From Candidatus Poribacteria bacterium (GTDB lineage: Bacteria; Poribacteria; WGA-4E; WGA-3G), in contig CAXXUA010000002.1 of assembly GCA_963663765.2 (NCBI GenBank), forward strand, positions 160,001-224,000: a stretch of DNA of 64,000 nt, read 5' to 3'. Numbering within the stretch: position 1 is the stretch's first letter; the number at the start of each line of letters is the position of its first letter. Below, in pieces: positions 48,025 to 58,990 of this stretch. The position numbers were made by a program, and so were the translations under genes. A model generated the notes under the pieces. It ran no database searches, was not told where the DNA came from, and saw nothing but the letters and a program-made list of their open reading frames with translations.

Positions 48025-51000
48025 TTAAAACCGTCTATCCAACAGTTGAACATCAACACCGTACTCTCCGTTTACATCACGTTCCAATCTGATAGGAAAC
48101 CTTCTACCGAATAATGTAAATGGATATTCAGCGAATATATGACGTTCATCGTTGTTTAAACCTTTGGTGATTGTGAAGGTAAACCCACCTAACGAAAGTG
48201 ATAGGTTATTTCCTGGTAAAAGAAGAGCAAGAACGTCAGCATCTGTAAAGACTTCTGTTGTTGAAGAATTGATCGGTTCTGCCTGCAAACTGAGTTTTGC
48301 ATTATCAATATCTCCATTTTCAAGGATACCTGTGATTGATGCAGTAACCCTTAAATCTGCAGTGCTACCATCACTTAGTAATACACCAGGAATTGGGTTA
48401 GGTATTTTAAGAAAAATCTGTAGTTCTGGACTGAAGACCGTTGTACTATTGTTTCTAATTGTAGAATTCTCAACAATCTCAAATGTTGTTGTCAAGAAAG
48501 CAATTTTTCCACCAAGTAGCGAGACCGTACCGGTAAAAAGAGGTTCCTGGATAGGACCTGTGATTTGTCCACTGCAAGCGATTTCAATTTCTGTGTTTCC
48601 GGCAGTTGAAGAAAGTAAACGAAAGTTATTTGGTATATCAATTCCGATATTTAGATCAAGTCCACGTAGAATTGGTGCATAAGAAAGTATGTCAACTTCA
48701 CTAACTGTTCCCGATGAGAATGCACTTAGGATATCTTCCCAATCCCAATCTTGTTGGTAGTAGCCTGATTTAATATTTAAATTGCCTTCCAGAATGAGAT
48801 CGTCAACATTTCCATATAATTTTAACACATCTGAATCTAAATTGAATTGATATGCTCTGGGTTCGGCGAAAGTACAGTTGGTTAGTTCAGTTTCAAATCT
48901 GATATCGTTAATATTGAACCATTCTATGTTTATTTCTCCTTTAGTGGAAATGTTTCCATCATTCAACTGACCTTCAAAAGTAGTGAGTTCGATCTTGGAT
49001 TCAGTGAATTTAAACTGCGCGTTTGCATCTTCCAAAGAAATTGGCGAACCAACAATTTTAATCGCGACATCATCAAAAGTTCCTGTTCCGTTGAGTCGTG
49101 GTGTATCTGGTGTACCACTGATTGTTGCGTTGACAATTCCTTTACCATACGAAGTTTGAAAAAGAGGAGCAATAGGTTTTAAAATGCTGAGATCATTTAA
49201 CAGTAAGTCAAGTGTTACTGCTAACTCGTCATCTATTAACATCGCTTGAAGCTCAGTCAAGGACAATAAAAAGGGAACCTGACCAGAACAGGACAACTGA
49301 TTGCTACCAATTCTCATAATTGGTTTGTCTCCTGAGATATTCCACATCTTACCATTGATGTCATAATGAAGCTGAACTGAGAATTCATCAATAGACGCAT
49401 CATTGATTCCCAGTTCATTTCCAACAATATTTATTGACACCTCAGGTTTTTCATAAGTGCCAATTATATCTATGGAAGTAGTTAACCATCCAAGTTTGTT
49501 GTATGTTTCACGATATGCTGGTGGTAACCAAGGATTTATAGAAGATAAAGAGAAATTATCCAATTTCAAATTAGCAATCATTTCACCGTGCATATTCCAT
49601 CTGGCAAAACATGTGAATAATAAAGGTGCTTGTGTTTCATCATCAGGATTTGGAATGGTGTTTTTTAGTTTCAATGCTTTAATTTGAAAATTACCATTAA
49701 TCAGGGAAATCGGGATCAATTCTTGGTTTTGAAACAATAAATCGGTATCCATTGCGAAAAACCCAACCTTGATGTCCTCTATATTTAATTCTACTTCAGC
49801 CTTTTGAGTAAGTCGATCAAAGGTTATAACTTGAAGAGCCTTTGGAATTGGACTGTCCTCTCCATTCTCAAAAAAGGATTGAAGGGGTATACTTAGCTTT
49901 TTGAGTGAAGCGGTGACGCTACCTGTAACATCATTTAGAAAACCACTTGGAATTATATTTCTAAGCGTTGAACCCAATGGATAATTTCTCAATGAACATT
50001 CATAGATCTCAATGCTTTGCGGAGTTAATCCATCAAGAACCAATTTGTTTAGATCTTTTTGCTGTTCAAGTACCACTGTTCCATCTTCTATATCCAATTG
50101 TAACTTTGATACCTCAATAATGTCTTGTCGAGCGTTAAGCTGCACTTGGACGTTCCTTAGTGGATGTGGATATTCATGTAATACAAGTTTAGGTGCTTCA
50201 ACAGATATATTTCCTTCTAAATATAGTTTTGGTATTGTCCCTTTCAGTTGTAGGTTGATGTCGGTAACCCCATCCACTTCTGAAAAAACTTTATCAAGTC
50301 CAGGTAAGTATGTTATAGGTAGTTCAGTACCGATTAGTTGAAGTTTTATTGGTGATGTAGTAAAACGATCAATTAAATTAGTATTAATAAGTGATAAATC
50401 AAATGGAATCATACCTATTAGTTTTAAATTATCTCTACTTTTAGATAGTTCTATACTAACCATAATCTGTTTGTTGATATATTCAACATTCCCTTGCCAA
50501 AGTAAAGGTGAATCGCTGTCTTTCTGCAAAAGGGGTTTAATTGTGCCATTCCAGTGCATCGTGATATTTGGATTCATCAGTGTTTGATTAATACGAATAT
50601 CAACATTGGTTGAAGCTCTTGGTGATGAGATTTTCAATGGTAAATGTGAATTGAGTTCGCCTTTATCTAACCTGAACTCAAACGGCATTCTATTCTTAAT
50701 TTGATAGTTGTTTGCTTGTAAATTTATTTCATCAATTTTTGTAGATGTTATTACCTGATTCGGATCTAACTCTTTACCAGACAAAGTTGCAGTGCCACTG
50801 ACCGTCCCTTCTATTAATGGTGGTTTCTGATTGGAAAATGCAACAAAATCACCTATCTCCAATTCTTCAACAGATACTGCTAAATCTAACTCCATTATGT
50901 CATTGCCTTGTGTTGAAAACAGCATGTCACCAATTATATTAATACTGCCTGTTCCTATTTCACCATTTACAATCCAATCTTGTATATGCAACAGTTCTTC

Positions 51001-54000
51001 CTTGAAAGTCAAAACTAAATTCATCTGTTCCAACTCAATCGGTTTTGCAAAAGTACTAAATCGGATGGGATGATTTCTAACAGAATGGGTATTTAGTGTT
51101 AAGATCGGATTGGAAATGTTTCCGGTTAAATCTACTCCAACTACAAGGTTTCCTTCAACTATTTTGGTTTTTTTCATAGAAGGGTGGTTCAATTTCTCAG
51201 CAGGAATAAGGTTTCTAATAATATCTGAATACGCTGCTAAATCCAGATTGTCCCCCTTGATGTTTATGTCAAGATTTGATTCGTTAAAATTATTTTCATT
51301 TACGAATATATTCCCACCGATTTCTAATGGATTGTCTAATACACGTGCAGTGAATGGATTGATATGTATGGTGTTATTTTGATATGTTATTTCACCTCCG
51401 CTACTACTTATTTCAAAGTCTCCAGTGTAGGTCAATAGATTTAAGATTGGTAATTGCCAATTTAGGTTTATTGTTGGATTGCTGATATTACCCATTAAAT
51501 CCAGTTCGTAGTTTGCCTTACCAGTGATAGGGATTTTGAATGCTTCTCCTATCGCATCAAACACATAATCACCGTTGGAATTTGCATTGAAGTTCATAAC
51601 TTCACTCTTAGTATCAAGGGTACCAGTGAAATTTACAAATGCAGATTGATCTCCTTGCAAATTTAGTGAACATTCCGATACTGTCAAGATGTCATCTTCA
51701 AGTTTTATCAGAATGGGTGTCGCATTTGTAATAGGAAGTGAATTGTACTGAAACTGTGTTTTATTGATCTTGATATCAACGGTATATGGGTGAATACGTG
51801 TTCTGGATGGTTCTTCTGGTTGAGGAGCAGTTAAGTCCATTAGTGAACCCTTTATAGCAACAACACTATCTGCTGTACCTGAAACTTTCCCAAGTCTTTG
51901 ATCAAAAATCTTCAGAATCGGTGTAACATCTATTCCCTCAGTATTTAAAGTGAAGTGGTAATTACTCTCTTCAGTAGTATCTATTCTTCCTATTATGTTC
52001 GTTGACTCATTAAATCCTTTGCCAATAAACTTGAAGTAATCGTGTTCACCAATTAGCTGACTCTGTTTTACAAGAGTTGCATCCATATCTACGTCTCCAA
52101 GTAGGACGTTATCATAGATTAAATCAGAAAAGCCAAAATCAACTTTAATATCAAAATCTTCATGCTTTTTTTGTTGTGAACTAAGGTTGATATCCATTTT
52201 TCCATCAAGTGGAAACTCCGTAATACCCATTGCTAATGCCAGTTTTGCTAATTGAACCGGTTTATCAGTCCTGTTATTAATGTTTAATTCAAACTCTCCC
52301 TCATTTGTTACATGAGCATTCATATAGACCTGTTGACCGTTTGTCTTAATCTCAAAATTATTAATAGTTACTGAATAGTCATCAATTTCTAATGGTAGTG
52401 TAACAGTATCTAACTTAATTCCCCAAACTTTTCCACCATCAATTGTAAAGCTCCCTTTCCCATCAAGATTATTAATAAGGTTCCCAAATAGTTTTAACTC
52501 ACCACTCAACATACCTTCAATAGGAAAAGGTTGTTTGAATAATAGTTTGTTATAGTTTTCATCTAAGATAAGAGGATTCGCGACAATACTGATTCTGGTT
52601 GGAAGTTTCTCATCAAATTTGATTTCACCATCAATATCTATACTTGTATTTCTTGTCTGTCCATTATTTGTTAGGTGTGCATTTGCAATATATACCACTC
52701 TATCAGCAAATCGTAAATTTCCTGTTAGCTTTCCAATCGGTATTGGCTCACTTTCATTATGACTGTAAAATGCTTTGGATATTTCTGCATATCCCGTTGC
52801 AGTTCCATCTTTATAGACTTGTGCATCTATCATACCTAAACCAGAAAAGGGAACAGTGTTTGCAATTTTGCACAATTTACCGAAGTCAACATTCCCAAGT
52901 ATCACATTGAGTCTGTCAACAGAACCGCTTATGTCAACGATTGTATTATCTATTGTACCATCAACACGAACGTTTGAAGTGTTGGCATCTTCATAAGTAA
53001 TATTGCAGTCAAGCGATGAGTCTTCTAAAGGAATTGCTTTGTCTTGAACAAGTAACGTTGTACCAGACATTTGCATATTGCTTTCTAATTGAAAAACACT
53101 TGTTGTATTACCTGTAAATGATGCTGTTGCACTAAGTGTTCCAGTATGTATTCGCGGTGATTCTATTGTCAATTGGGGAAATGAAGATAAAAGAGAAGGT
53201 ATTTTGAAATCTGTAATTTCACAATTACCTTCATAGGTTTTTGGTTGTTTGACATAATGTTGTATCTGTTGGATGAGAGTACCTTCAGTTTTATTATCAA
53301 ATGAAATCTTACCATTTCCAGATAATTTTCCACCAGCTAACTCAGCACTGATATTGGTTATAGTAATTTGTGGTACATCAACTAAGTCTATATCTGAGTT
53401 AATGTTCAGTTTTGCGATGTTCAACTGCCCAGATTTTGGTTCTGAATTACCCTCACCAACAGTAGAGAAATGATTGACAGACAGTGCATCAGACTTCAAT
53501 GAAATATTTCCATTGAGTTGCGATTCTATGCCGGACAAAACCAATTCAGCATGACACAAACCTTTGAGTTGTATATCATACCCAAGTAGTTTTTGCACAT
53601 CAGATACATCTATTTCCGCGTCAACAACAGTATTCCAACTTCCCTTCACCAAATTACTCTTGAATTCCCCAACGTCTATAAGCGAGTTCCCAATTTGTAA
53701 CTTAAGTGATTCCGATATTTCAGCGCTTGCGGTTGATATAGCAAACTGCATATCCTTAATCTGTTCAATTGGCAATTCATATCCGTTAATGGTGAGATAA
53801 CCTTGACCTATAGAAAACTTTCCGGTATGCTCCCATTTATCTAACTGACCCGCTAAATTAACCTCAATTCTTGGTAGGTTCAGTTCTAATTTTTGTTCTA
53901 TATCAGTATAGTGAATTGCACCTCCATTTAGTTGAATTTTGGATATCGCAAACGCAAAGGAACTTTGAGATTTACTATCATCTTTATTTATGACTTGTGC

Positions 54001-54384
54001 TAAGTTTAGCACGCCATCCTCTGTTCGCACGACGTTTACTGTTGGAGAGTCAACTTGCAAAGCAGTAACAAGAAACTTGCGTCTCAACAGACCTAGTATA
54101 TTATACTTGAGAATGATCTTCTGAGTGAATAGAATAGGTGGTTTTTCTGAGTCACTTTTTTTAAGTGTAAAGTTTCTCGCTTCAACACCTGTTAGGATGT
54201 TTCCACTTAATTTATCAAGCGAAACTTCATAATCGTTAGAAATCTGTTGTTGAATTGCAGAAATCAATCTGGGCTTAATAAAGTTTTCTAAAAAATAGTC
54301 CGAGCTTATAAAAAGAAATCCTACGATACTACACAGAAGTATTAGCAAAGGAAGATAAATTAAAAGCACTTTTCGTCGTTTCAT
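48025..54384 (-). CDS. TamB/AsmA-like protein
   Basis: N-terminal TM anchor, 2119-aa beta-rich body, adjacent to the Omp85 gene. Confidence 0.85.
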   Translation of the reverse strand: MKRRKVLLIYLPLLILLCSIVGFLFISSDYFLENFIKPRLISAIQQQISNDYEVSLDKLSGNILTGVEARNFTLKKSDSEKPPILFTQKIILKYNILGLLRRKFLVTALQVDSPTVNVVRTEDGVLNLAQVINKDDSKSQSSFAFAISKIQLNGGAIHYTDIEQKLELNLPRIEVNLAGQLDKWEHTGKFSIGQGYLTINGYELPIEQIKDMQFAISTASAEISESLKLQIGNSLIDVGEFKSNLVKGSWNTVVDAEIDVSDVQKLLGYDIQLKGLCHAELVLSGIESQLNGNISLKSDALSVNHFSTVGEGNSEPKSGQLNIAKLNINSDIDLVDVPQITITNISAELAGGKLSGNGKISFDNKTEGTLIQQIQHYVKQPKTYEGNCEITDFKIPSLLSSFPQLTIESPRIHTGTLSATASFTGNTTSVFQLESNMQMSGTTLLVQDKAIPLEDSSLDCNITYEDANTSNVRVDGTIDNTIVDISGSVDRLNVILGNVDFGKLCKIANTVPFSGLGMIDAQVYKDGTATGYAEISKAFYSHNESEPIPIGKLTGNLRFADRVVYIANAHLTNNGQTRNTSIDIDGEIKFDEKLPTRISIVANPLILDENYNKLLFKQPFPIEGMLSGELKLFGNLINNLDGKGSFTIDGGKVWGIKLDTVTLPLEIDDYSVTINNFEIKTNGQQVYMNAHVTNEGEFELNINNRTDKPVQLAKLALAMGITEFPLDGKMDINLSSQQKKHEDFDIKVDFGFSDLIYDNVLLGDVDMDATLVKQSQLIGEHDYFKFIGKGFNESTNIIGRIDTTEESNYHFTLNTEGIDVTPILKIFDQRLGKVSGTADSVVAIKGSLMDLTAPQPEEPSRTRIHPYTVDIKINKTQFQYNSLPITNATPILIKLEDDILTVSECSLNLQGDQSAFVNFTGTLDTKSEVMNFNANSNGDYVFDAIGEAFKIPITGKANYELDLMGNISNPTINLNWQLPILNLLTYTGDFEISSSGGEITYQNNTIHINPFTARVLDNPLEIGGNIFVNENNFNESNLDINIKGDNLDLAAYSDIIRNLIPAEKLNHPSMKKTKIVEGNLVVGVDLTGNISNPILTLNTHSVRNHPIRFSTFAKPIELEQMNLVLTFKEELLHIQDWIVNGEIGTGSINIIGDMLFSTQGNDIMELDLAVSVEELEIGDFVAFSNQKPPLIEGTVSGTATLSGKELDPNQVITSTKIDEINLQANNYQIKNRMPFEFRLDKGELNSHLPLKISSPRASTNVDIRINQTLMNPNITMHWNGTIKPLLQKDSDSPLLWQGNVEYINKQIMVSIELSKSRDNLKLIGMIPFDLSLINTNLIDRFTTSPIKLQLIGTELPITYLPGLDKVFSEVDGVTDINLQLKGTIPKLYLEGNISVEAPKLVLHEYPHPLRNVQVQLNARQDIIEVSKLQLDIEDGTVVLEQQKDLNKLVLDGLTPQSIEIYECSLRNYPLGSTLRNIIPSGFLNDVTGSVTASLKKLSIPLQSFFENGEDSPIPKALQVITFDRLTQKAEVELNIEDIKVGFFAMDTDLLFQNQELIPISLINGNFQIKALKLKNTIPNPDDETQAPLLFTCFARWNMHGEMIANLKLDNFSLSSINPWLPPAYRETYNKLGWLTTSIDIIGTYEKPEVSINIVGNELGINDASIDEFSVQLHYDINGKMWNISGDKPIMRIGSNQLSCSGQVPFLLSLTELQAMLIDDELAVTLDLLLNDLSILKPIAPLFQTSYGKGIVNATISGTPDTPRLNGTGTFDDVAIKIVGSPISLEDANAQFKFTESKIELTTFEGQLNDGNISTKGEINIEWFNINDIRFETELTNCTFAEPRAYQFNLDSDVLKLYGNVDDLILEGNLNIKSGYYQQDWDWEDILSAFSSGTVSEVDILSYAPILRGLDLNIGIDIPNNFRLLSSTAGNTEIEIACSGQITGPIQEPLFTGTVSLLGGKIAFLTTTFEIVENSTIRNNSTTVFSPELQIFLKIPNPIPGVLLSDGSTADLRVTASITGILENGDIDNAKLSLQAEPINSSTTEVFTDADVLALLLPGNNLSLSLGGFTFTITKGLNNDERHIFAEYPFTLFGRRFPIRLERDVNGEYGVDVQLLDRRF

Positions 54385-54388
54385 CGTA

Positions 54389-55219
54389 TTAATTCCGATT
54401 TTGATGACTCTTTCCGTAAAACGTAAGATGTGAGGATTTTACAACATTACTGACAGCACCTGAAATGTCTGTATTTGTAATTTCAGCTGAGGAAGGTTTT
54501 TGAAGCCAGAGAAGATACTCAATATTACCAATGTCTTTATGAACTGGCGAGAATGTCAATCCCTTGTGAATATAAGCAAAACTGTGCTGAACATAGTTAA
54601 TCAGATTGATAAGTGTCTGTTTATGTACATCTGGGTCATCAACAATTCCACCCTTCTTCACATGGGAACGACCTGCTTCAAATTGAGGTTTGATGAGTGA
54701 AATAATATCGGTTATACCTAACTTTTCAACAACAACAGGTAAAACTTTTCGTAAGGAGATGAATGAGACATCAATCACTGCTATGTCAATTGTATCAGGG
54801 AAAAGGTGTTGGTCAATATGACGTATGTTTGTTCTTTCATGTACTTCTACACGAGGATCTTTTCTAAGTCTCCAAGCCAATTGTCCATATCCAACATCAA
54901 TTGCGTATACGTATTTTGCACCATGTTGTAGTAAGCAGTCTGTAAACCCGCCTGTTGATGCGCCGATGTCAATTACAACTTTGTTTTTTACAGACAAATC
55001 AAATTCATCAAGTGCTTTTTCAAGTTTCAATCCACCACGACTGACAAATTTCGGTGGTTGTTCTACCGTTATATTTGAATCAGGAAGTATTCGTTGTCCA
55101 GGTTTTAGAAGTGAGTTGTTGTTTACTTTTACCGCACCTGCCATAATCATTCGTTTCGCTTGGATACGACTTTGTGCAAAACCTCTCTCCACAAGGATAA
55201 TATCTAACCTTTCCATCAT
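54389..55219 (-). CDS. tlyA: TlyA rRNA 2'-O-methyltransferase
   Basis: S4 domain, SRGGLKL, DIGASTGGFTD and KPQFE motifs. Confidence 0.95.
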   Translation of the reverse strand: MMERLDIILVERGFAQSRIQAKRMIMAGAVKVNNNSLLKPGQRILPDSNITVEQPPKFVSRGGLKLEKALDEFDLSVKNKVVIDIGASTGGFTDCLLQHGAKYVYAIDVGYGQLAWRLRKDPRVEVHERTNIRHIDQHLFPDTIDIAVIDVSFISLRKVLPVVVEKLGITDIISLIKPQFEAGRSHVKKGGIVDDPDVHKQTLINLINYVQHSFAYIHKGLTFSPVHKDIGNIEYLLWLQKPSSAEITNTDISGAVSNVVKSSHLTFYGKSHQNRN

Positions 55220-55264
55220 TCTATCATATCTGTTCTGTTTTGGTAAGTATTATAGGGTATAAGT

Positions 55265-55398
55265 CCAGAGGTATTCAATTATCCGAAATGGAACTATTGT
55301 GGGGGTTTGTAACCTCGATTTCAACGAACCAGCATAACAAATCGGGGTTACAAATCCATCCCACAAAGATGTATAGTGACAATTGAATTCCTCTTGGC
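55265..55398. mobile_element. MITE enclosing an inverted REP pair
   Basis: CCAGAGGTATTCAATT / AATTGAATTCCTCTTGG ends; ATAAGT on both flanks. Confidence 0.65.
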
Positions 55399-55449
55399 AT
55401 AAGTCATTATAATGTTTGTGCAACGGATATCAACATAGAAAAGTTGACA

Positions 55450-57309
55450 TTATACACCAACTGCTAAGGAAATTCCCGCCCGAATAATGGCTTGTGTATC
55501 GTAACTATATCGATCATATAATGTATTCACATCACCATGTTCAACAAATCTATCTGGTACACCAAGTAAATTTACTTGAACATCAGTAATACCTTCAACA
55601 GCAAGTGCTTCAAGTATAGCACTACCAAATCCACCCATCAATATACCGTCTTCAACGGTAATGACCTTACCAATCTGTCTTGCCATATCAATGATTAATG
55701 AGGTGTCTAATGGCTTAACAAAGCGTGCATTTATGACACTTGCCTTGATACCAGTTTCGGACAATGTTTCTGCTGCCTCAAGTGCGGGGTAAACTCTATT
55801 TCCAATTGCTATGATTAATAAGTCTTCACCTTCCCGACATATCTCAGCCTCACCAATATTAATAGGTTTAGGTTCAGAATCTAATTCGACACCTAATCCA
55901 GTTCCGCGTGGGTAACGCAATGCAATAGGTCCCATTTCGTAACAAAGTGCGGTTTTGAACATGTGCTGTAGTTCATTTTCATCTTTAGGTGACATTAGTA
56001 CCATGTTAGGAATTGAACGGAGATAAGCCATATCAAAAACACCATGATGGGTAGGTCCGTCGGCTCCAACGAGTCCAGCGCGGTCGAGTGCGAAAACGAC
56101 AGGTAGATTTTGTATGCACACATCGTGGAGTATTTGGTCATATCCGCGCTGTAGGAAGGTAGAGTATATAGCAACAACCGGTTTGAGTCCTTCCGTTGCA
56201 AGTCCAGCTGCGAAAGTCACTGCACACTGTTCTGCTAATCCTACATCAAAACATCTATCTGGAAATGCCTCTGAGAACTTATCTAAACCTGTTCCACCTG
56301 GCATAGCTGCCGTAACACCGATTATTCGTGAATTTCTCTTAGCTTCCTCAATCAAAGTGCGACTGAATACATCAGTATACTTTGGTATTGCGGATGAGGG
56401 ACGGAGTGATTTCCCTGTCTTCAGGTCAAATTGTCCACTGACACTATAAAACCCGACTGGATCTTCTTCGGCAGGAGTATATCCTAAACCTTTTTTCGTT
56501 ACAATATGCACCAAAATTGGACCGGATAACTCACGGATTCCTGTAAGAACTGGTACGAGTGTTTCTAAGTCATTACCATCCAGTGGTCCGAAGTAGCGAA
56601 AGCCAAATTCCTCAAATAAGGTGCCGTGTTTTAAAGATGCTTCAATTTTTTGTGCAAGTACCTTTGCATCTGATGAAATAAATTCCATCAATTCCTTTGC
56701 ACCAGAACGTAACTTGTTGTATCCAGGTGAACTAATCAATTTATGAAAATGTTTTGAGATTGCGCCGATTGTTGGTGAAATTGACATCTGATTATCGTTG
56801 AGTATAACCACCATGTCTTTTCTAAAATCCCCTGCAGCATTTAATGCTTCAAGTGCCATACCACCCGTTAATCCACCATCACCTATAATCGCAATAACAT
56901 TGAAGTCATCGTTGTTAACATCCCGTGCTGCAGCAATTCCTAATGCAGCTGGAATTGAAGTGCTTGAATGACCGGCACCGAACACATCATATTTACTTTC
57001 TTCTCTACTCAAGAAACCACTAATTCCATCCGTCTGTCGCAACGTGTCAAATGTATCCAAACGTCCAGTTAGAAGTTTATGGGGGTATGCCTGATGACCA
57101 ATATCCCAGATTACTTTATCATACGGTGTATCAAAAACTGTGTGTACTGCAATTGCAAGTTCTACTGTACCGAAGTTCGGAGCAAAGTGTCCTGGATGTT
57201 TGGAAAGCACTGCAAGCATATATGCACGCATTTCCTCTGCGAGTGTTTCTAACTCACTAATACTCAAGTTTTTCAGGTCCGAAGGGTCGTTGATCTTTTG
57301 TAGGACCAT
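55450..57309 (-). CDS. dxs: 1-deoxy-D-xylulose-5-phosphate synthase
   Basis: WDIGHQAYPHK, GDGG...NDN and DRAGLVGADGPTH motifs. Confidence 0.97.
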   Translation of the reverse strand: MVLQKINDPSDLKNLSISELETLAEEMRAYMLAVLSKHPGHFAPNFGTVELAIAVHTVFDTPYDKVIWDIGHQAYPHKLLTGRLDTFDTLRQTDGISGFLSREESKYDVFGAGHSSTSIPAALGIAAARDVNNDDFNVIAIIGDGGLTGGMALEALNAAGDFRKDMVVILNDNQMSISPTIGAISKHFHKLISSPGYNKLRSGAKELMEFISSDAKVLAQKIEASLKHGTLFEEFGFRYFGPLDGNDLETLVPVLTGIRELSGPILVHIVTKKGLGYTPAEEDPVGFYSVSGQFDLKTGKSLRPSSAIPKYTDVFSRTLIEEAKRNSRIIGVTAAMPGGTGLDKFSEAFPDRCFDVGLAEQCAVTFAAGLATEGLKPVVAIYSTFLQRGYDQILHDVCIQNLPVVFALDRAGLVGADGPTHHGVFDMAYLRSIPNMVLMSPKDENELQHMFKTALCYEMGPIALRYPRGTGLGVELDSEPKPINIGEAEICREGEDLLIIAIGNRVYPALEAAETLSETGIKASVINARFVKPLDTSLIIDMARQIGKVITVEDGILMGGFGSAILEALAVEGITDVQVNLLGVPDRFVEHGDVNTLYDRYSYDTQAIIRAGISLAVGV

Positions 57310-57310
57310 T

Positions 57311-57541
57311 CTATACTCCGTTTTCGTTATCGTCTATTGATTCCCCATTGATTTCACTTTGTGCTTCTTGTGAAACGTTTTGCACTCTTACTTCAGCTTT
57401 ATCCAGAATTTCTCTACATTCGCGAACTAAACCGACACCTTCTTCAAAGAGTATCAGCGACGCGTCCAATTCTAATGTCTCAGGTGATTCTAACGTCTCA
57501 ACAATTTCCTTTAATCTTTCAAGTTTTTCTTCAAAAGTCAA
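57311..57541 (-). CDS. xseB: Exonuclease VII small subunit
   Basis: FEEKLERLKEIVETLE...FEEGV; follows xseA. Confidence 0.92.
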   Translation of the reverse strand: MTFEEKLERLKEIVETLESPETLELDASLILFEEGVGLVRECREILDKAEVRVQNVSQEAQSEINGESIDDNENGV

Positions 57542-57559
57542 ACTGTATCTCCTTACAAA

Positions 57560-58798
57560 CTACTCTAAACATTCATTAACAGTACACACAAGATTTCCTT
57601 GTGAGAGTTTTACATCAAGTCTTTCGTCCTTTTTGATCTGATGATTTGCAGTAATAATTTCACCAGAAACTGTCCTACAGATACTGTATCCACGTTTTAA
57701 TGTTGCTAATGGACTGAGTCCATTCAACTGTGCTGCTAAAGACTTCAATTGGTTGTTATTAATCTCAATTTTATCTATTATTGATTTTTGATATATTGCC
57801 TCCAGATTATCAATTGTTTGGGATAATTGATTTATGCTATCCTTTCTTTTCGTTGGTGATAAAGCATCCTTTAATGTAATAATTTGCTCATTTTTATTTA
57901 TTAGTTTCTGTAAAATTAGGTGATTGAGGCGTTCCTTTACTGATTTTAGTTGGGGGATAAGTTCCTGTAAATCAGGAACGACATGTCCTACAGCAGCAGT
58001 AGGTGTAGGAGATCGGTGATCAGCAACCATGTCAGAAATTGTAAAGTCTGTTTCATGACCAACAGCTGATACAATTGGAATGTTGGAATCAAATATTGCT
58101 CGTGCGACAATTTCCTCATTGAATGCCCACAAGTCTTCCATTGATCCTCCGCCACGTCCGATTATCAAGACATCAATGTCAGTTCGCTTATTCATTGTCT
58201 TAATAGCCTTTGCGATCTGTGATGCAGCTAATTCACCTTGAACAAGAGTGGGATGAAGAAGTAGTTCTGCCAAGGGGAATCGATTTTTAAGTTGCTTTTG
58301 AATATCCTGAATGGCTGCCCCTGTTTCAGATGTGATTACACCAATTTTATTTGGATACTTAGGAAGAGGCTTCTTATGTTGTGGATCAAAAAGACCTTCA
58401 TCTGAAAGCTGCATTTTTAAATCGTCAAATGCACGCTGCAATGCGCCTATACCAAGAGGTTCTACATCATTAACAATTATTTGATACTGACTACTTACAC
58501 CATAGATATTGATTCGTCCCTGTACCAGAACTTCATCACCATCACTTGGTCTGAATTTTAGCCGTGATGCACTACTCTTAAACAGAACACATCTGATAGT
58601 ATTTTTTTCATCCTTAAGCGTAAAATATATATGTCCTGATGTAGGTTTGCTAAGGTTTGAGACCTGTCCCTTTACCCATACATTTTGAAGTTGGGGTTGT
58701 TTTTCAACTATTCTTGATAAGGTCTTTATTATTTGTGTTACACTAAAGATAGTACGGGGTTGTGGTATGTCAAATTGCATTCTGTTAAACCCAATCAC
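57560..58798 (-). CDS. xseA: Exonuclease VII large subunit
   Basis: SGHIYFTLKD, RGGGSMEDL, VGHETD and TPTAA motifs. Confidence 0.96.
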   Translation of the reverse strand: MIGFNRMQFDIPQPRTIFSVTQIIKTLSRIVEKQPQLQNVWVKGQVSNLSKPTSGHIYFTLKDEKNTIRCVLFKSSASRLKFRPSDGDEVLVQGRINIYGVSSQYQIIVNDVEPLGIGALQRAFDDLKMQLSDEGLFDPQHKKPLPKYPNKIGVITSETGAAIQDIQKQLKNRFPLAELLLHPTLVQGELAASQIAKAIKTMNKRTDIDVLIIGRGGGSMEDLWAFNEEIVARAIFDSNIPIVSAVGHETDFTISDMVADHRSPTPTAAVGHVVPDLQELIPQLKSVKERLNHLILQKLINKNEQIITLKDALSPTKRKDSINQLSQTIDNLEAIYQKSIIDKIEINNNQLKSLAAQLNGLSPLATLKRGYSICRTVSGEIITANHQIKKDERLDVKLSQGNLVCTVNECLE

Positions 58799-58841
58799 AT
58801 GATCAAAATTTATTATATTTTATACAAGTGCAAATCCTGAT

Positions 58842-58970
58842 TATAGTAGACTTTAGAATAAATAGGACATGATGATCGGTTCGGTTTGGAAACCGAACTT
58901 ACATGGGGTGTTGTAGCACAAACTAAAAGTTTGATGTTCAAAATGTCCAAATATTTATTGTTTTACCATA
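58842..58970. mobile_element. TA-bounded MITE-like element
   Basis: Imperfect TIRs; shares a segment with 19643-19678 and the GTTCGGTT..GAAACCGAAC hairpin with the CAGG family. Confidence 0.6.
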
Positions 58971-58990
58971 ATTAATTATTCAAAAATTAT

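Noticed and set aside
48152-53800. Numerous antisense ORFs within long genes (here and across the window)
   Set aside because: They are shadow frames of well-supported CDSs.
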